A DNA stretch of 64,000 nucleotides from Spirogloea muscicola (lineage: Eukaryota). A program made the position numbers and the translations under genes. Positions 39,101-52,840 of the stretch are shown piece by piece (the stretch's first letter is position 1; each line of letters starts with the position of its first letter). The notes under the pieces were generated by a model. It did no database searches and was not told where the DNA came from. It was given only the letters and a program-made list of their open reading frames with translations. The stretch spans positions 1,069,035-1,133,034 of the forward strand of contig WELB01000006.1 of NCBI GenBank assembly GCA_009602725.1, read 5' to 3'.

Positions 39101-42100
39101 CTGGTCATTGCATCACTACTGCCATTTTACTGAAAAGCCCAGTACATGCCCAAATGCTTCAGCTCTGCTGCTGTTTGCTTGTTAATAGTCTCCTTCCACT
39201 TATTGCAGGGAAGGATGTCCATGTTCACAATGTGAGCTTAGACCACCATCTTGAGGCAACAATTGATGTAAGTACCTGACTTTTGCACCAGTGAAATATA
39301 CTCTCTGTAGTGCCTCCTCGTCTGTGTTGCCAGCAGGTCATGTCGTGATTCTGCTATGGTGCAATTACCTGGCATTCTTTGGTTCTGCAATGCAGGTTCA
39401 GGCCTTCAAGTCCAACGCAGTACATTTACACCATCCTCCGAAGTAACTCTCTTAGCGCCCTGCATGTCTGGGATGCCTGTCACCTCAGAATATATCTTGA
39501 AAAGACTACTCTAATGCCTGCTGGGAAAAGATGAGAAGAACATCTAGCGCTAGAAGCAGACGGTTGAAGGCTTGATGTTGAGGTCCATTATCAGGAAGGT
39601 GCTGCAAGACCGTATTGGGAGCACTCTGGTCTCTGAGCTGCCGGGCTTCCGACTGCCTCGTGACTGCACTTTAACCTCTGCTGTGGGAGACCAGAAGCTT
39701 CTGCTGGGCATTGATAACCAGTGAGCCTCGCAAAGCTCGCTGCAGGCCTCATGTGGCCGCTTGCATGTGCCCTCGCACATTACATACTCCAGCATATGAT
39801 GGTCCCTTCAGACCTGCAAACAACTGAGAGCTTTCTACGTGTGCATGAATTCTCCCCACTCCCCATATATGTGGAGCCTTGATGGGCAGACAGAGCAGGT
39901 AGCCGTGACTGGAAAAGGCACTTGGGCTGTTCCAGTGACAACCGATTGCTCCATCATGCAGGGCGAGCAAGCGGTCGAGGCAGCGGAGGATATCTCTGTT
40001 CTCCCCTTACTGGATCATCAATGAGACGGGCCTAACCCTCTTCCTGAAGAGCTGGTCGAGCAGTGTGCCCCCCATTCCCTGCCCTCCTGATGAGGTACTC
40101 TGCCGCCACGTATCTTCAATGGGCTGCTCTTGTGGTTTCCTTACATTGCGTAGTATTTCTTCGACTCACTTGGATCCTTGTTGACTGTACAATACAGGGA
40201 GGGGCTCTTCAGCCAGTCTTGTTCAGTGCCAGCAACACCTTCGGTTCACACACCGCTTTGAAAGTCGCTAGCTCAGATTGGTCGAAGTCAATTCCACTGG
40301 ACACTGTCGGCATCAAGGGCGCAGTGCATACCACTACCCGGCTTATGAAGAAGAGTCAGCAGACTCAGGTCCTCTCCTTCCGTTTCCATGTTAGTGATGA
40401 ACTTGATAGAGGAGATGTCAGGGGGGAAACAGCCCAAATTTAGACGACAGGACCCCAAGTAATACAATAAAAATTGGTGGAGGTTGTACTATCATACTCT
40501 CTACTTACATGCTGCATTTTGTTCTGTGTGGGTTTGGATGCAAGACTTGCTAGATGATGGTTGCTCATAAAATTATGCAGGGGACGTCAATTGTTTGCAG
40601 GTAAGTAAACGCTATGAGTTTGGCGTGGAGATCAGCTTGGCCCCATCTCCATTCCATCGCACGAAGGTGGTCACGATCACGCCACGTTTTGTTCTCAAGA
40701 ACCGAACAGGCATGCCGCTTCTCTTCAAACAAGTTTCGGCGCAGGTTGAGCAGGTCAGTAGAGCAGGTCTTGACCCGCTGCAAAGACATTCTGCAGTCCA
40801 TTCACAGCCATCGCCTCCTTTTGGGGAGGATCATCGCTTTTCAGCTGCACAGATCTCTGAGCATGGGTAACGCAGCTGCATCATTTGCCAATTTTCACAT
40901 AGACGGTTCACATTGCTGTAGGTACTTGCAAATGAAGCCACAGTGGCATATCACTGGGACAGTGACAAAGGAGAGGAGTCCTTGTGCATCAAGCCTACAG
41001 ATGGAGACTCTTGGGACTGGTCTGGGGCATTTGACATTGACAAGGCTGGCGAACTTGGTCTGCGAACCCACAATAAGCAGACAGGTACACAATCTCCAGA
41101 CCTCCTTGAGAGCGAGAGAATGCCTATCTACTTGTGTCCATGGGCTTCCTTGCAGGTGCATATAAGAAGCAACACTGTGCAAGGTTGTACACAGAAGGGC
41201 TCCCAAGAGTTTCTGAGGGCTCCGTCTCCTTCCCGTCCCTTGGCCTTTGCTTCGAGGTATTTCACAATATTGCATATGATGCAGGAGGAATGAGGATCAT
41301 AGTTGTTGATGTGTCGCCCAATGGTCCTTCGGCATTGGTGACCTTCACTGCCAGCTCCAGCAAGGGGAAACGAGCACCCTACAGGCAACTTCTATTGCGA
41401 TCCAAGATCTGCTTGCTGCGGAAGTGGCTTCTGTTGTTGCTGTCTGAATTATACTATAGAGACAGTGGCAGACCTGGCAGTGGAGCTGCCAGGTCTGCCT
41501 AGAGGCGGTTGGTTTTTCTGGAGCTCACAAGTCATTGTTGGGCTGCCATTGCCAGGTTAGTGAACAGGTGCGCAAAACTGGAGATATTCTTTTACCAAAA
41601 ACATGTAGAGCAAAATAAGCAGCACCTTGGTCCCAAGACTGTTGCTCCATATGCTTGGGACAAGGTGCCATCAGATTCTCTACCTCTGAGATCCTAGCTG
41701 TGTGCCGTAGAGATGAAGTTGGTGCTTTACACCCTTTTGATTGAGATTGGACTGTCAAGAAAGAGAGACAGGGCATCAGGGACCAGCATAGAATGTATCT
41801 GCTGCTCGGTTGCCTTCTACTCCTATAACTACATGTCTAGAAATTGATCTTAGCTGAGAGAAGTGTAATAGATGCTGCAATATGCCGTAAGGAGATCATG
41901 TCTGGCAGGGTTACTCTTTCATTATTAGAAACATGCTGGACAGAACAATATCTTAAATCTGAAGGACTAATGCTATCGGACGGCTACTTGAATTTTGCCT
42001 GTTATCTGCAGCCAAAGCTCCCCCACTTGATTGTGGTGGAGTTGCCTGAATTTGGTATCTCTCAAGAGTACAGTGTCGATGACCTAAAGCCGCGCCAACC

Positions 42101-45100
42101 CATCTTGCTTCAACAGCAACAATCAAGGTCTTGACTCGCATCTTACTTGGTTGCTGGTTTGGGCATACCTTATGAGGATGCAGGAAGCAACCTGTGCAGG
42201 TCCTGATGGCAATACTCAATCAGGTGGAGCTTGAAGTTCCGCGTTGTCCTTGCTGCGCAGCTTCTTTGAAGGCTTGATGGCACCCAAGCTTGGAAGGGAA
42301 GTGCTGGGGAAAGTATACGTGCACATACAAGCAGACAGGGCGACGCGGGTGCTGTCGTTCTCTGATGACGAGATCAAGTCCTTCAGGTGCTCTCTGTCAC
42401 GGGTATATCAAGTCGCAGAGCATGTGAGCTGGTGGTCTAAGCTTTGGCGCTTGTCCACGTCCGTTTCTGATGCTGCTGCTACTGAACAGGGAGGACGGCG
42501 GTTTTCTTTCGGATAGCTGGAGTGACTGAAGCTGCGATGTGGCTCGTGAACAGGGAATCAGAGGATGAATACAAGGAGCAGGTGTGGAAGCAGATCAAGT
42601 TCTTGGAGGAGAAGAGTGCCAGATTGCAGCCATTGGTGGAGGCCCACCTTGGCATGGTGCGTAGACAGACAAGTCATTGTACAAGTTGGAATATTATGCA
42701 CCTGCTTTGATAGAGTACTCACAGCATGGGCTCTAACGCATCTCTTATCTCTGCAATTTGTGGCTGCCATAATCAAGGACTCGAGCACTCTGGATGCTGC
42801 GCCTGCCGCCAGCCAGCCTGCACTCTCGGATGCCTCGAGCTTTGGAGACCCTGCTTTGCAATCCGACCCCAAGGCAGAGCAGGCGCTGAGCATTGTGGCC
42901 ACCAGAGCTCGCCAAGCGTTGGGTGCTGAGGACCCTGATCCTTTGCCTGCACCAGTACTTTTAAATTCTGCGTCTGGTCCAGAGACTGCCAGCGAGGAAC
43001 CAGAAGTTGACATCGTTGCCCACCCCGAGATGTTTGTGCCATCGTTCAGAGGGTTGAGGCCTGTGCCAGAAGGAGAAGAAGAAACAGGTCATGGCCAGGA
43101 GGTGGCCCACATAGTCAAGGAGCCTTCTGATGGGCTTCCAAGCTCTGCGGAGTTGAACATTCCAGATGCCCCTGTGGGGACTGGAGGTGAGATGACAGGC
43201 AAGAGGGAAAGCCGGAAAATCTCTGCGGCGATAACTGCCAAGTCCAAGACACTTAGTAGCTTGCTGCTGCACAGCGGTGGCGGCAGCAGTGCCAAGGCCA
43301 GAGGAGGAGCGGATGACGGACCGAAGGGCGTACTGACGAGGAACGCCGTTGAGGGGAGCAGTGAGAGCGTTGCAGAAACGGACGAAGAGGTCCGGCTGCC
43401 TCTCCACGATGTTGCCAAGGAGACGGGCCTGGTGGGCCAGCTCAGCCGGCTGGGTGGGGACCTCCAGGTGAGCGTGGTGGGCGGCCAGAAGCTGGCCAAG
43501 AAGGAGGACGGATGCAGCCCATACGCTGTCGTGGAGGTGAGCGTGGGCCGACCTTGGGCGCAAGACCCTGCCACAGAAGCAGGATGCGTTATCATTGTGG
43601 TACCTTTGCCAGGCTGTGGTGTCTTGACTTGACTTGACTATGTCGGAGTCGATCATGTTGCTGTATTTACTTCTGGGATTTTGGGCAATCATGAACAAGT
43701 AGCTATAAGGGTTTGGAGTTAGAAGTCTGGGAGGATCGAGAGGTTGCTTCTCTACGTACTTGGTCCAGCCTCGTGACAAGTCTTCTTGGCCGCTGCAGGT
43801 TACTGGGCAGCTGAAGCGGACGACTGTGCGAAGGAAAACGGCCAGCCCAGAGTGGCATGAGGAGCTCTCCTTCAAGTCTGTCCCCACCAACACAGATGTC
43901 AAAGTCGCCGTCTATGATCACGAGCTTCTTGGTCGCGACTCTTTCCTTGGAGAGGTTTGTACATTTTGCAAGTCTGGATAGCTGTCCATCACTGGCAGTT
44001 GACGCATTATGCATATACTCAATCATCTCCATGCGCTCATTGTTGTCTCAGTCTTTCAGATCCTAATGCAGATGCCTTTTGCCTTCTCTTGGTCCTGTGC
44101 AGGTTGTCATTGCCCTGTCTGATGGCGGGTTGGACAGGTCTGCAGAGTGGTATGTCCTGGGTAGGCGCGGAGCTCAGGACAGGGTCAGTGGTTCAATTGC
44201 CCTTGCCTTCAGCTGGACAACTACAAAGATTGACCTTCTGTCACAGATGGTAAGAGCTGGCATCTTCTTGGCGTCCATTTGTTCTGCAATAAGAAGTCCA
44301 TCCTATCTCCAATGACTTATACCCAAGAGCTTGTTGGAAGACTATACTTCTGTCTAAGACTGTCGATCATTGATTGATTAGTTCTAGATTTTTCTATTGC
44401 ACTTGATGACCCCTTGACAAACTCCCACCTTACAGCTCAAATCAAGGCAAGTGGATCTTGAGCAACTCGAGGAGCTACTCGCTATCCAGCGAGAGCGAGA
44501 GATGCAACAGCAAAGGCAGACATCACACTCTGAAGCATCCTCTTCCACAGTCACTGAGGAGCACCAATCACTTCTTTCACCACCACCTTATCGACAACAA
44601 TTTGGTCAGCTTGAGGTGAAGACATGCCAATGACGAGGACGCACGTTGTGGGTGCTGTTGAGATGGCTTGTACGTGTTGCTCTTACTTACACCATGTTGT
44701 TCTGCCATTTCATTCCAGGTCAAGGTGGTGGAAGCCCGACACCTGCCAGTGCCGACAACATGGAGGTTGTCAATGCACATGCGTAATGCATATGCCACCA
44801 TATCCTGTGAAGACAAGCCGACACAGAAGACCAGAGTCGCCTCAAGTAGCTTCTTCCCCGTTTGGAATGAGACTTTCTTCATCCTTGGTGTGACCTCCTC
44901 CTCTACCTTGAAGATAGAGGTAAGTGTTCGTCTGTAGGTCTGAGAGCTGTTGCTGAGGTTTGGCAGACTCACACAAGGAGCAACCATGAGGTCAAGCCAG
45001 GGGACTTCAGAGATTGACTGGCCTGTTCAGATGACGTGTAACAAGCATCTGTGTTGTGCTGCTGCAGCTATTTGACCACTTGAGCGTAGGTGCTGATGAG

Positions 45101-48100
45101 TTTCTTGGAGAGGTCATTCTGCCCATCTCCGCTCTCGAGGTGAATTGGTGCAGCTGCATGCCAACAGCAGCCAGCAACTTGACATGAGATTGCCTCCCTT
45201 GAGAATGCGAAGAGCAGCTAACACAAGTTGTTCCTTGTGCAATGCAATCTCATGTCATGTATTTGCAAGCACTCAGCTTAGACATGCTGCATCTACATGT
45301 CCTAAGTCGAGCATTGCACAAGTTGCTGGCTTCTGAATTCTGGCTTGTGAAAGCAGGAAGGCTTCCCGCAGTACTTTTGGCTCAGATTGCACCAGCATGA
45401 CAGCAAGGTTAGTCGCACTTGCTCAATGACCATGCTTGTCCGCATTCAGGTGCATAGTAGACCTCAATACAGGAACTTGCCTGTAAGAGAACTCTCATTG
45501 CGTGTATTAGTGTGTGTTCAGGATCCCTTACCTGGAGAAGTACGGCTTAGGCTACATTGGCAGCACGACAATAGCAGTATCAACAAGCCTCATGGCCTTG
45601 TTGCCGAGGTGGGGCGCGGAGACCTCTGTCTGTCTGCATCTGTCGCTCAAGCAGGAGACTGGCATGCTTGACAGGCTGTGTGTGGTGCATTATTTGCCGC
45701 ACTTGCTGAGTCCAAATGACCTGCTAGTGCATTTCCCTGCTGGAAGCATCGGCTGTCTGGCTCAGCAAATCATCCTCGTTGTCCAGAAGGTGACTTAACA
45801 TGTCCAGCATTGCAACTCCATGTCAACCAAGTGTTCCTCACGTTTTCAATGTGGCTTGACGGACTCTGTGCAGCTCAACATGGAGGGCATCAGCCTCTCT
45901 GTTGTGGACAATCTACCTCGGGAGATGCTGCATATAGTTTTCAGTGGCCTTTGTGTCAATTACCACAGAACTGTAAGGCACTCTGCTGCCCTGTAGGCAA
46001 GACAGCGGAACGTAATTATCTGTGGCACTTTAGTTAGAAGCTGTACAAAGAAGCCGATTGGCGCAACTTCTCTGTGCTGTCAAGTGCATGGATCTGCATG
46101 GAAAGATTAAATCAAATCAGATTACCTTCAAACCATAACTCTCGTCTCCCATGGTCTTGACCATCTAGGTGCATGAGGCTGGCACGAAGATCACAGTGCA
46201 GTCACTGCAAGTAGACAATCAGCTTTTGACAACCCAGGTGCCTGTGGTGTTCTGTCGGGCCGTCAAGGAGGTAAGCATCTGTTTGGCCTCGTATATGCAA
46301 ACTCTGCAAAGATTTTACGTGACCAAGCTGACTCCCTTTCCGCGAATATAAATGCAGGACAGGAGCTGGCAAGAGCTGCGTCACAAGAAGACTGAGGAGC
46401 AGCCCATGATACTCCTGGCGTGGGAACGAATGAAGCACAATCCAACAATCCTGTATTTCAAGTCCTTCCAGCTCATGCTGCAGGAGGCGGATTTGCACCT
46501 GGAAGAGGACTTTGTGGATTCCCTGGTTAACTATTTCTCAAGCCTGCCCAAGTCAGACCTCTGGCAGCAGCACTATCATAAGGTGCAGCCTTCATTCAGT
46601 TACGCTAATGTTTACGTTTATTTACTTCATAGTTTTCTGTGCTGGGTGATGCGCCTCTCCATGCAAAGATTCTTTAGGCCAGGAGCGAGCAACTTGTGCA
46701 TGTCTAAAACTCTGAACCCTGCCTTTCAGTGCCCACGTGTGACTTGAAGCTCTGTGCCTGTGCTCTGTAGACCAACGAAGCAGACATGGCCAACTATGCA
46801 AGTACATACGCTGTCCCACTAGAGCAGTGGGTCGCAGGCAAGCAGGTCAGCAATTACGGCGTTATCACAAAGGGCAATATAGTCAATGTATCTTGGCATG
46901 ATGCTAGTATCGCTGGTACCTATCAGAGCCCCTCTGTTATGCACCTTACTCGTATGCTGTAGGCATAATGAAAGCAGGCAATGTGCTGTCAGCTAACACA
47001 ATGTGCACTGGTGGTGGCAAGGTGGTGAGGTGGTACTTTGAGAGGCTGCATATCCAGCCAGTAAGGATCAACGTAACATTCGTGACAGTAGATGTTCGAA
47101 GAGAGGTGCAAGTGGCAGGCAGTGAAGTGTGGCATCTGCGGCAGGTTGCAGCTTCTGCAGGCTTTCCTCTCGTGACCCTTGTCTCGGTGCCACTGCGCCT
47201 CAACAGGTCTGCAAAGCTCCTCCGGAATAAATCTCTGTGACTGCTAACGTTGCTTCAAGTACTCTTTGCTGCACTTTCCAAGTCTGCCCAGCTTTTGGAC
47301 AAGAGCCTCACATGCTGCGTGGACATTCAGAGGTCAACAACTTCTTGCAATTTCTGGTGCAGTCTGGTCATCGACAATGCCTTCCAGAATAGTGATATGC
47401 TTGTGAGGAGTGTGGGCCGCCACTACATCCTCCAAGCTTTGCAGGAGATTCACAAGATTTTGGGTTCTGTTGACTTCCTTGGTGACCCTGTACGACACAT
47501 TTACCTGTCTGTTTGCTCGTAATCAATGTCCTCATTTTCATTCATTGCATGCAAGTGGGGTGTTGGCGTATTTTTCACGCCAAGCCAGCTCGACAGTTCA
47601 GCATATCTCCTTCATGATGCAATAAACCTTGTGGTTGGCCTTCTATATTGCATGGACAGATGAGCTTGGTGCATAGCCTCGGCACGGGCGTGATGGACTT
47701 CTTTGTGGAGCCTGCAAAAGCCACAACGTCTGTGTCCAGCATCTTCTCCATTAAAGCATGACTGTGCATGAGGAGGTAATGTGGAGGTTTTGTTGTTGTT
47801 TTGAGGGTCCATTTCAATGTTGTATGTTCCTCTTCATGTCCTACACTACAGGCCGGAGGAGTTTTTGAAGGGCTCAGTGGCAGGGTCCATCAGCCTCATC
47901 AAGAACTCCACTTACGGAGTCCTCAACACCGTGAGCAAGCTCACGGGAGGTGTAAGCAAAGGCTTGGCCCTCCTGAGCTTCGATGACGACTACGTACAAC
48001 GGTAAGCACCTCCGACTTTTATACTCACAGCAGGCGGCATAGATCCTGAGCACTCCTGTCTCTCACCTGGCTCCTCTGACGTTGACTCTCGGTGCTGAAT

Positions 48101-50381
48101 ACGTCCTATGAATGTCCAGTTTCAGTCAGAGGCCGGCAGATGCACAGGAGACTCTTATCAGGGGGGCTCAGGTATAGTGGCATGCTTACTCACCTTCTCA
48201 GGGCTGCTCTTGCCTGATTGTTATCGCTTAATACAATGTGCTCTTGCAAGAACAAGGCAATAGCCTGCCAGATCTCTTACGCACTCCATCAACTGCCACA
48301 GGACTTGGGCGCGGGCTTCTATGAGGGTATAACAGGACTAGTTACGAATCCTGTTGCTGGTCTCGAGCATGGAGGGACAGTTGGTTGCGTCAAGGGCGTT
48401 GGCAAAGGAATGGCAGGTACAACAAGGAATGATGCTGTGCTTGACTTTACAAGAGCGATTGTGCTGAATTCTTGCTCCCTGGTGCTAGGCTTCTTAGACA
48501 ATGCTCAGACAATGCTCACGCATCTATGATGGCAGGACTTGTGGTCAAGCCGGCATCTGGCATATTCGAATTCACTTCGAAGACAACAGGAGGGATCGGA
48601 AGCGGCATTCAGGCGCTAGGCGATGACGTAGTCAGAGCACCACGCCAGCGATCACGAGCCCCGCGCACCTTTGGTCAAGAAAGTGGTCTTGAGGTATGAC
48701 AGCCCCCCTTGACGTTAGTTCTGTGGCACTCTGTAAGGAGTGAGGACATCGATAAAGTAGAAGGAGAATAGCAGGGCATATGAGTTGACAGATGGTGATT
48801 GGGAGAAAAAGGGACGGACGACTCTCCACCTCCATTACTGCCACTGTTGCTCCCAATCAGTGAAAAGGTAGTGCTGCATGTGAGCTAGCGCAGGCCTCGG
48901 CAAACTGATTGACTCTGCTAATAGACAGTCTTTTGGTGCCTTATGGTCAGTCTTTGTTCAACACCATACTTTGATACACTACCTGGTCATACTTTGCTGG
49001 GCTGCAGATGGCATCCCAACAACTTGAGCAGCTGAAAGGTGTGTTGGACCAGCTTGATCATGGCAAATATCGGGATGAGAAGATTGTTGACTTCCTGCAG
49101 ACGAAAAGCAACAAAGCCGTGATGCTCACCAGCAGCCGGATCCTGTACTACAGCACCGTGCAACAGCACCTGCGCTGGCAGATACCATTCTCAGGTCTCT
49201 TAGGACCTCATATCCTAAGCCCTGAGGGTTTGTCTGGTGTTGGACATTTGAGGTGGCAGGACAACAAGTTCACTGACAGGCATGCTCTGATACACACCAA
49301 GTAGTGGCAGCGGCAGCGCTTGAAGCATCCTGCTGCCTCGTCCTTTGCAGACATTGCGTCAATTGTGGCCATGGAGGGCCGGCTTGAGGTGATCATCATG
49401 TCGTCGCACGCCCTGGGCGTCCGCGGTGTGCACCTGAGTGTGAAGGTACCGCGGCGGAGCACCATCAAGTGCTCCACGCGCAACCTCCACCAGTCCCTCC
49501 TTGTCAAGCTCAACAAATACTGCCCCACGCCTATCGCCGTGAGCAATCTCCAGGGGGTAAAGGATACGGTAAGTTCCTCAAGTGCCTGATCTAATTAGCT
49601 GTGTGTCATACAAAGCTATCAGATGCCCATCAATAGGCTTTGGCCCTAGTTTGTAGATTGACATAGCAAGATCATGCAAGCTTGTCATTGCTTTCAGGAC
49701 TGATAAGATTCACCTGGTTGTGCGTGTCAGGTGAGCGAGGCCTCCGTAAAGACCACCACCGGTCGACTCATGGCCAGCATCCCGGGTGTCACCCAGCTTA
49801 AGAGCATGATGCAGCATAAGAAGGGCGGGAAGAAACCCCAGCCTGCATCGCCGCCCCTGTCAAGCGTGCAGGCCGAAGACGATGCCGCCAGCCGGCTTTC
49901 CATTGCAACGACCGCGGCTGCGGAAAGCCTGATCTCCACAAGCCACACTGAGTTGTTGCCCGTGTTGGACGAAGCAACATCCAATGGCGGGGCAAAGGCT
50001 GACGGCAGCGCCCAACGGAATCAGTCTCCGGAGGCTGCATCTGCAGACGTCCTGTACAGAGAAGTCATGCAGGAGCTCGCAGCCATTCAGGCTGTGGCCA
50101 GGGCGCCTCCATCGAACATGCAGCCGGCAATGATGTCCGTCAAGATTCTCTGCAACAGCCTGCTGGAGCGCCTTGAGGGCCAAGCTGACAAGGGCTCTGC
50201 GGTGAACCCAATTGACGGTGTCGTAGCCCTCTTGCAGAGCATTGAGAGCGTGGCAGAGCAGTCTGCCCGCGAGCCATCCGACAGGGCCGCAGCATCGTTG
50301 GACGCCATTGCTGCTCTCTGTAGGCAGGCCATGCAGCACGCGCAGGCCGGGCTTGGCGCTAAGGCTGATTCTGCGGCATGA
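24174..50381 (+). CDS. VPS13: VPS13-family bridge-like lipid transfer protein with tandem C2 domains (very many exons; 5' frame anomaly)
   Basis: Chorein-N-like (VLSVRGLQLHPAAIDALDLPFAAKE|ARIDLVELRWPW); RP..WWRHA; VAB-repeat motifs (DPVIERW, SDWSKSIPLDTVG, RTKVVTITPRFVLKNRTG, WDWSGAF, APYRLVNR, PYAWD); GISLSVVD, LQVDNQL, YFERLHIQP, ILGSVDFLGDPMSL, GLVTNPVAG...GVGKGMAGLVVKPASG (ATG2_C); PH-like exon at ~49008-49570. Confidence 0.92.
24745..24825. repeat. Degenerate (AGT)n microsatellite in a VPS13 intron
   Basis: agtagcagcagtagtagtagtattagtagtaatagtagtag... Confidence 0.85.
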
Positions 50382-50439
50382 CTGACGGACTTACTCGATC
50401 ACATTAGTCTAGAAAGTCTTTGCGACAGTTTGTAGCATT

Positions 50440-52330
50440 GCCTTCGTGCCATCCTTTGGGCTGGCTCCTATTCTTTGGTTGACATATTGAATGATCCATG
50501 TCATCTTCCCCTGTGTCAAGCTAGAGTGCGTCCATCAGGCCTCCTACTAGGGCTCGTCATTGGAACCACAGCCTCCTTGTGCGAATGCCACGATAAGCTT
50601 GGCTTCTCCAAGCAGGCCTCCTTGCTGGCGCCTTCCGCTCAACCCTTGCCTGGGCTGTTGTGGTATTCAAAAGCGGGCCAAGCTTGGTTGCTCTGGATCT
50701 CCTCTTTAGTCAATGGCACACGCGTTGCATCTGCATGCCGCTCGCACCCTGGCTGCAGCCTCTGGCCTCTCTTCCTCTCGTTGGGAGCACTGCTGCTGCT
50801 TGTGCTTCTGCTTCTGCTTGCTGCATTTACCTTTCTCCCTGGACACCAGATCACGAGCACTTCTCCGTCCTCTGCGCCGGCTCACTGGCGCCTTCCGGCC
50901 CTCTCAGACCTTGTTCATCCCGTTCAAGGCCTCTCGATTGGAAAGAGTTTCTAAACTGTTGATTTGAGCTTCAATTTGAATGAGCTGTTTCCTTTCTTTC
51001 TCAGTTGCCCCCTTTGGAAATACACGAAAAATTCTTTGGATGAGCATATTTCTCACAGTCCGATTGAAAGAGCTGTTCCATTGGGCTTTCGGGTGGTCTG
51101 CAGGGCCTCGAGCTGGGCGGCCGAGGGCTTCGGAGTTGAGGGTTAGGGGTCCTTGTCAGCTGCGAGTTACTCGGACTTGCTGCTGCACACTCGTGGGTAC
51201 TGATCTGCGGTCGTGTAGAGTCCTTGTCCATTCTTCTGGGCCGGCCTCTCACAGCCATTGCTGTCAATTCGGAGGAGAAAGACGCTTTTAGGAGAAGGGC
51301 GGTGGCCAGGAGAGCCTAGCCCAGAAGACAGAATTTGGAGAGCTGTTCTCTATCTCTCTGAGGATGGCAACCAGGCCGCCCAGGTCCACGTCGGCCTACG
51401 ACGCGGGCGTGCAGCGGCAGCGGCATAAGAAGACGGGCTCGCCCATTGAGGATAGGGGCTGGAAAATGCCAGCCCAAATAAGCGAATGAACAAAGGACGA
51501 GAAGGGGCCAGGGAAAGCACTAAGAGGATAACAAGCAAAACAAAGCAGCTACGTATTGATCATTAACCCCTGCTAAGAAGAAGAAGTGGCTCTTCCAATG
51601 GGGGCAAGGGCTGTGAGAAGCCAGCCCGAAAAGAATTGACAAGGTTCGAACCTCTGCTAACCCCTGCTCTTCAGGCCCCTTCGTAGCTGCTCAGCGCTTT
51701 TAAAGCCCCTCCATCACTTGAACCCTTCGAACCTTTTGTCAATTCTTTTTCGGGCTGGCTTTTCACAGCCCTTGCCCCCATTGAGAGCAAGCGCGGCCAG
51801 ATTAACTGGTGGCTGGGAGAGGCCAGCCCAAAAGATGGACAAGGTCTGAAGGAGTCGGAGTGCTAAGGACTGAGACAGCAGTAAGCGAACTCTCAGTAAC
51901 CCCTCGTCAGTAGATGCAAATCTGAACAGCTAGCAGGCGGAAAGACGTCGCCCTGACGGAAGCCGGAGGTCGCCGCCAGAAAGAAGAAGGAAGAAGGGCT
52001 CGCCCATTGAGGATAAGGGGCTGGCCTACGAAGCACTCAGTAACCCCTGCTAAGCAGCCTCAGGTCAGAGAGACTGGGTTCCTGGAAGCGGGTCCCCTGG
52101 CCAGAGCCAGAGGCAGCAGCGAGGGCTCTGCCTGCACGCAGATGCAAGGCGTGGGCCAAAGGCGCCGTGTACGTCGACGGCGAGTGGGACAAACTCGTCG
52201 CCTACCGGGTGATCCGATTACTTGCGATCCTTTGCGTCGGCCCCATTGGGAGTGCCACTTCTCTCGCTTTTCACAGCCCTTGCCCCCGTTGGGAGTGCCA
52301 CTTCTTCTGCTAAGCAGCCTCAAGTCTGAA
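50440..52330. mobile_element. Mosaic of nested CRE-like 3'-end fragments in both orientations
   Basis: MAHALHLHAARTLAAASG (50713+); ctcgtgggtactga (~51190); minus-strand RGY* ends at ~51893 and ~52037; multiple gggctgg..cagccc hairpins (51456-51476, 51608-51627, 51752-51771, 51811-51829). Confidence 0.85.
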
Positions 52331-52680
52331 AGACTGGGAGCAGCGGGAAACGCGGTGGGGAAAACGGCGGGATATACGGCGGCGAAGACGGCAGCGGCGG
52401 CAGCGTGCCGCGGCGGCCCAAAGCGCCGCCGACAGGGAACGAGCGGCTGGGGAGCGGCCCCCCAATCCGTAGCGTTCACACCAGCCTGGGCATCTGACGG
52501 CGCCGGCCCTTCGGATGGGGCCTTCATCGACGGCACCGAGGACCCCCCCGCCGGCCGCCCGCCCCTAACCCGCGCAAGTGTGAACGGGGCCCCGAGCCTC
52601 CCCTTCCCCGCTACCCCGCTCCCTGTCCCGGCGGCTTTGTCTTGTCCGTCCGTACGCTCTCCTCCGTCATCGCCCGCTCA

Positions 52681-52725
<45 letters not shown>

Positions 52726-52840
52726 GACGGCGGCGGCGGCGNCACATCATGGCCTACATTCAAAGTAGCCATCACATTATTTCATTGTTCATCCTGATGG
52801 TACAAGAGCAAGCTCAGACGAAGCAAGAGTAGATGCTTAC

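Noticed and set aside
42731..42777. Apparently mutated acceptor (ctgcaa) in VPS13
   Set aside because: The next AG at 42776-42777 is in the correct phase, so no lesion needs to be invoked.
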